64,000 nt of DNA, taken from NCBI GenBank assembly GCA_037447605.1, contig CM074811.1:62001-126000 (forward strand). The letters are read 5' to 3'. Below are positions 61,792-64,000 of this stretch, piece after piece; the stretch's first letter is position 1; each line of letters opens with the position of its first letter. Source of the DNA: Zygnema circumcarinatum SAG 698-1b (taxonomy: Eukaryota; Plantae; Zygnematophyceae). The notes beneath the pieces were generated by a model, which worked only from the letters and a program-made list of their open reading frames with translations, made no database searches and was not told the origin of the DNA. A program made the position numbers and the translations under genes.

Positions 61792-63857
61792 ATGGCTTGC
61801 TACGGGGCTTCTGCTCCCGCGGAGATGAGTGCGTTGGCAGGAGGAGCACCTCCTCGTCTCACGGGATTTTTGGATAGACAGCTGAAGGGCGGGATCGAGG
61901 TTGCAGTTGAGTCGCGAGAGCGTGGAAGTGGGCTTGCAGCCCTCCGGCTGTTGAAAGACGTCAGAAGGAAGAGCTGGTGCTGCATTTCCGCCACTTCCAC
62001 ATCTCACTGGGCGACTCTGCACGAGGGCGCGACCTTTTCTGGAGCTAGAGGAGGTGTAAACAGAGCTGTTTTGAGAATACCGTCAATGCCGTGTCACATT
62101 GCAGCTGGACGAGGCGTATATCTCTCATCTCATTTTTCAGAACTTCAAACTAGCAGCCAATGTAAGCAGACTAAACGGAAGAATCACTACGTTAACCGAC
62201 TTTGGTCAACTCGACATGATGACCGTCGAAGTAATTTGCTAAGCAAAAGACTGTATGCCGTTTCAGACGACAGGCCACCTCTTGTCGTTCAAAAGACAAA
62301 AGAAGAGTGGAAGGAAGAAGGGCTCGTAATCAATGAAGCGGAGCTGCAGAAGGATCAGCTCCTTGAGTCAGAGGAGAAAAGAGCGGGCCGCGGTTGGAGT
62401 GGTCAGTCCATGTCCAGCTCTCTCCCACCGGAGAGTTTGATCCTCTTCTTCGCCTGCATTGTTGGGGTGGTGACGGGAGGAGGGGTTGTGCTTTTCAATA
62501 CAATGGTGAGAGGGTTATGTGGTAACAAAACGTTCACTAAAGAAATATGACTGCGTTCAGTATTTGTGGCTTGCTTGTTAAAATTTTAGATGTAGACCAT
62601 TTACGGCCTACACTACCTGAAAGGATCTTTATGCACCCACCGTACGGAGTGGTCAATTCGACATTATCTTAAAAGAATGGGGCGTCGTAGAATTCACTGT
62701 GCATGATTGGCGTTCTTCTCCGTGCTCTCTGATCGCCGGTTTCGCTCTCCTTCTGTCTTGCAGGTCCACGAGATTCACGATGTAGTCTGGGAGGGTGTCC
62801 CTGGTGTTGAATGGCTTAGGGACCAGCCCCTGGAAGAGACCTGGCCGCGTCTTATTCTCGTTCCGCTGTCAGGGGGCATAGCAGTAGGCGCTTTGAACAG
62901 TGTGCGCGCCTGGCTGGACAGCTCCTTGGATGCCGCGAAAGCAACGCGGCAGGACCGTACTCTTTTGTCCAGCGTGAAGGCTGCCTTCTCGCCCGCTTTG
63001 AAAGCGCTATCCGCGGCAGTCACGCTTGGCACGGGGAACTCCTTGGGACCTGAAGGTCCGAGTGTGGAGGTGGGAGCCTCCATTGCGAAGGGAATGAGCA
63101 AGCTGCTGCGGAACAGCCGTGAGCGCAAGCAGGCCATGGTTGCGGCAGGCTCAGCTGCAGGCATCTCTTCAGGTGGGCAGCGGGCGGGTTCAATCAGCCT
63201 GAGAGGGATGCACGGGACGGGCAGCCTGGCCCGTGCTCTGACTAATTGAAGTATGTAGTGAGTGAGGGGGAAAAGACGTCCTTTTGTCGCCTAACTGTTC
63301 TGCAGCATTCGCATCACACTGCCTAGCAGTCGCTTAGGGAGCCCCCGCCCTTTTTGCTGTTGACAACGCTTTTTTTCAATTCGAGCAACACCATGTTCTG
63401 CTCGCCTGCAACTACCATTGTATTCCAGGTGGCCCTTTATTGGTCTACTAGTATGTCTTGGAATATTTTGTGTATTGCCTCTTGCTTCTCCAAACTTGGA
63501 TCAACGTTTCTCTTGAAATGGAGATCCAAGTTCAAAGGAAGAATCGGTCAATTTGAGCCATGGTTTTTTTTATGTTTTCACACGGGGAGCCGGACCTCCC
63601 GATTCTGCTGGTCTTTGCAATCGCTTTTTAATGAATATGTGAGATGATGGATGAGCGCGGTGCAGGTTTCAATGCGGCCGTGGCTGGCTGCTTCTTCGCC
63701 GTTGAGTCAGTATTACGCAGCCCCGGGGGAGAGAGCGGGTCCCTCACTATGGCGATGATTCTGCTGAGCTCTGTCTTGGCATCCGTCATCTCCCAAGCCG
63801 GCCTTGGGTCAGATCCTGCCTTCAAAGTTCCAGCTTACGAGTTCCGCTCGCCTGCTG
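61792..63857 (+). CDS. CLC-e: CLC-e-type chloride channel, 5' part (continues beyond the window)
   Basis: Exons 61792-62505, 62764-63172 and 63666-63857. Long transit-peptide-like N-terminus, then GTGNSLGPEGPSVEVGASIAKG, AAGSAAGISSG|FNAAVAGCFFAVESVL and LGSDPAFKVPAYEFRSP, as in plant CLC-e. Confidence 0.9.
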
Positions 63858-64000
63858 GTGGGTCACTTCCAGATTGCTTACTAGCTCAATTGGAGTTGAA
63901 GCTTCCTGGGGATCATATTTTTGAGGGACCACATAATCAGTTTGCCACACTCCCCTCTGCACTTCCTAGACGAGTACCATATTCCTCACTCCCTTCCATG

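Overview
Eukaryotic nuclear DNA with spliceosomal introns. The gene content and divergence suggest a green plant, most likely a streptophyte (zygnematophycean-like) alga; this is an inference. There are five host genes: a STICHEL/DnaX-like AAA+ gene (-), CLC-f (-), an F-box/LRR gene MAX2/D3 with intronless CDS (-), a TMEM184/LAZ1-family gene (+) and the 5' part of CLC-e (+). Between CLC-f and MAX2 lies a ~41 kb transposon island (10856-51992). It is bounded exactly by hAT-type TIRs (TAGGGATGGC) and a perfect 8-bp target-site duplication (CTACCTGT), so it appears to have grown inside one small hAT insertion. Nested inside it are further hAT MITE copies, a 5'-truncated RLE-type (CRE-like) retroposon, three Ty3/Gypsy families (two chromovirus-like), two Ty1/copia fragments, and a large inverted-arm structure carrying four tRNA-Cys-like units. 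The assembly has many 10-N gaps, and several TE stretches look like unpolished long-read fill, so TE coordinates and frameshifts there are approximate.
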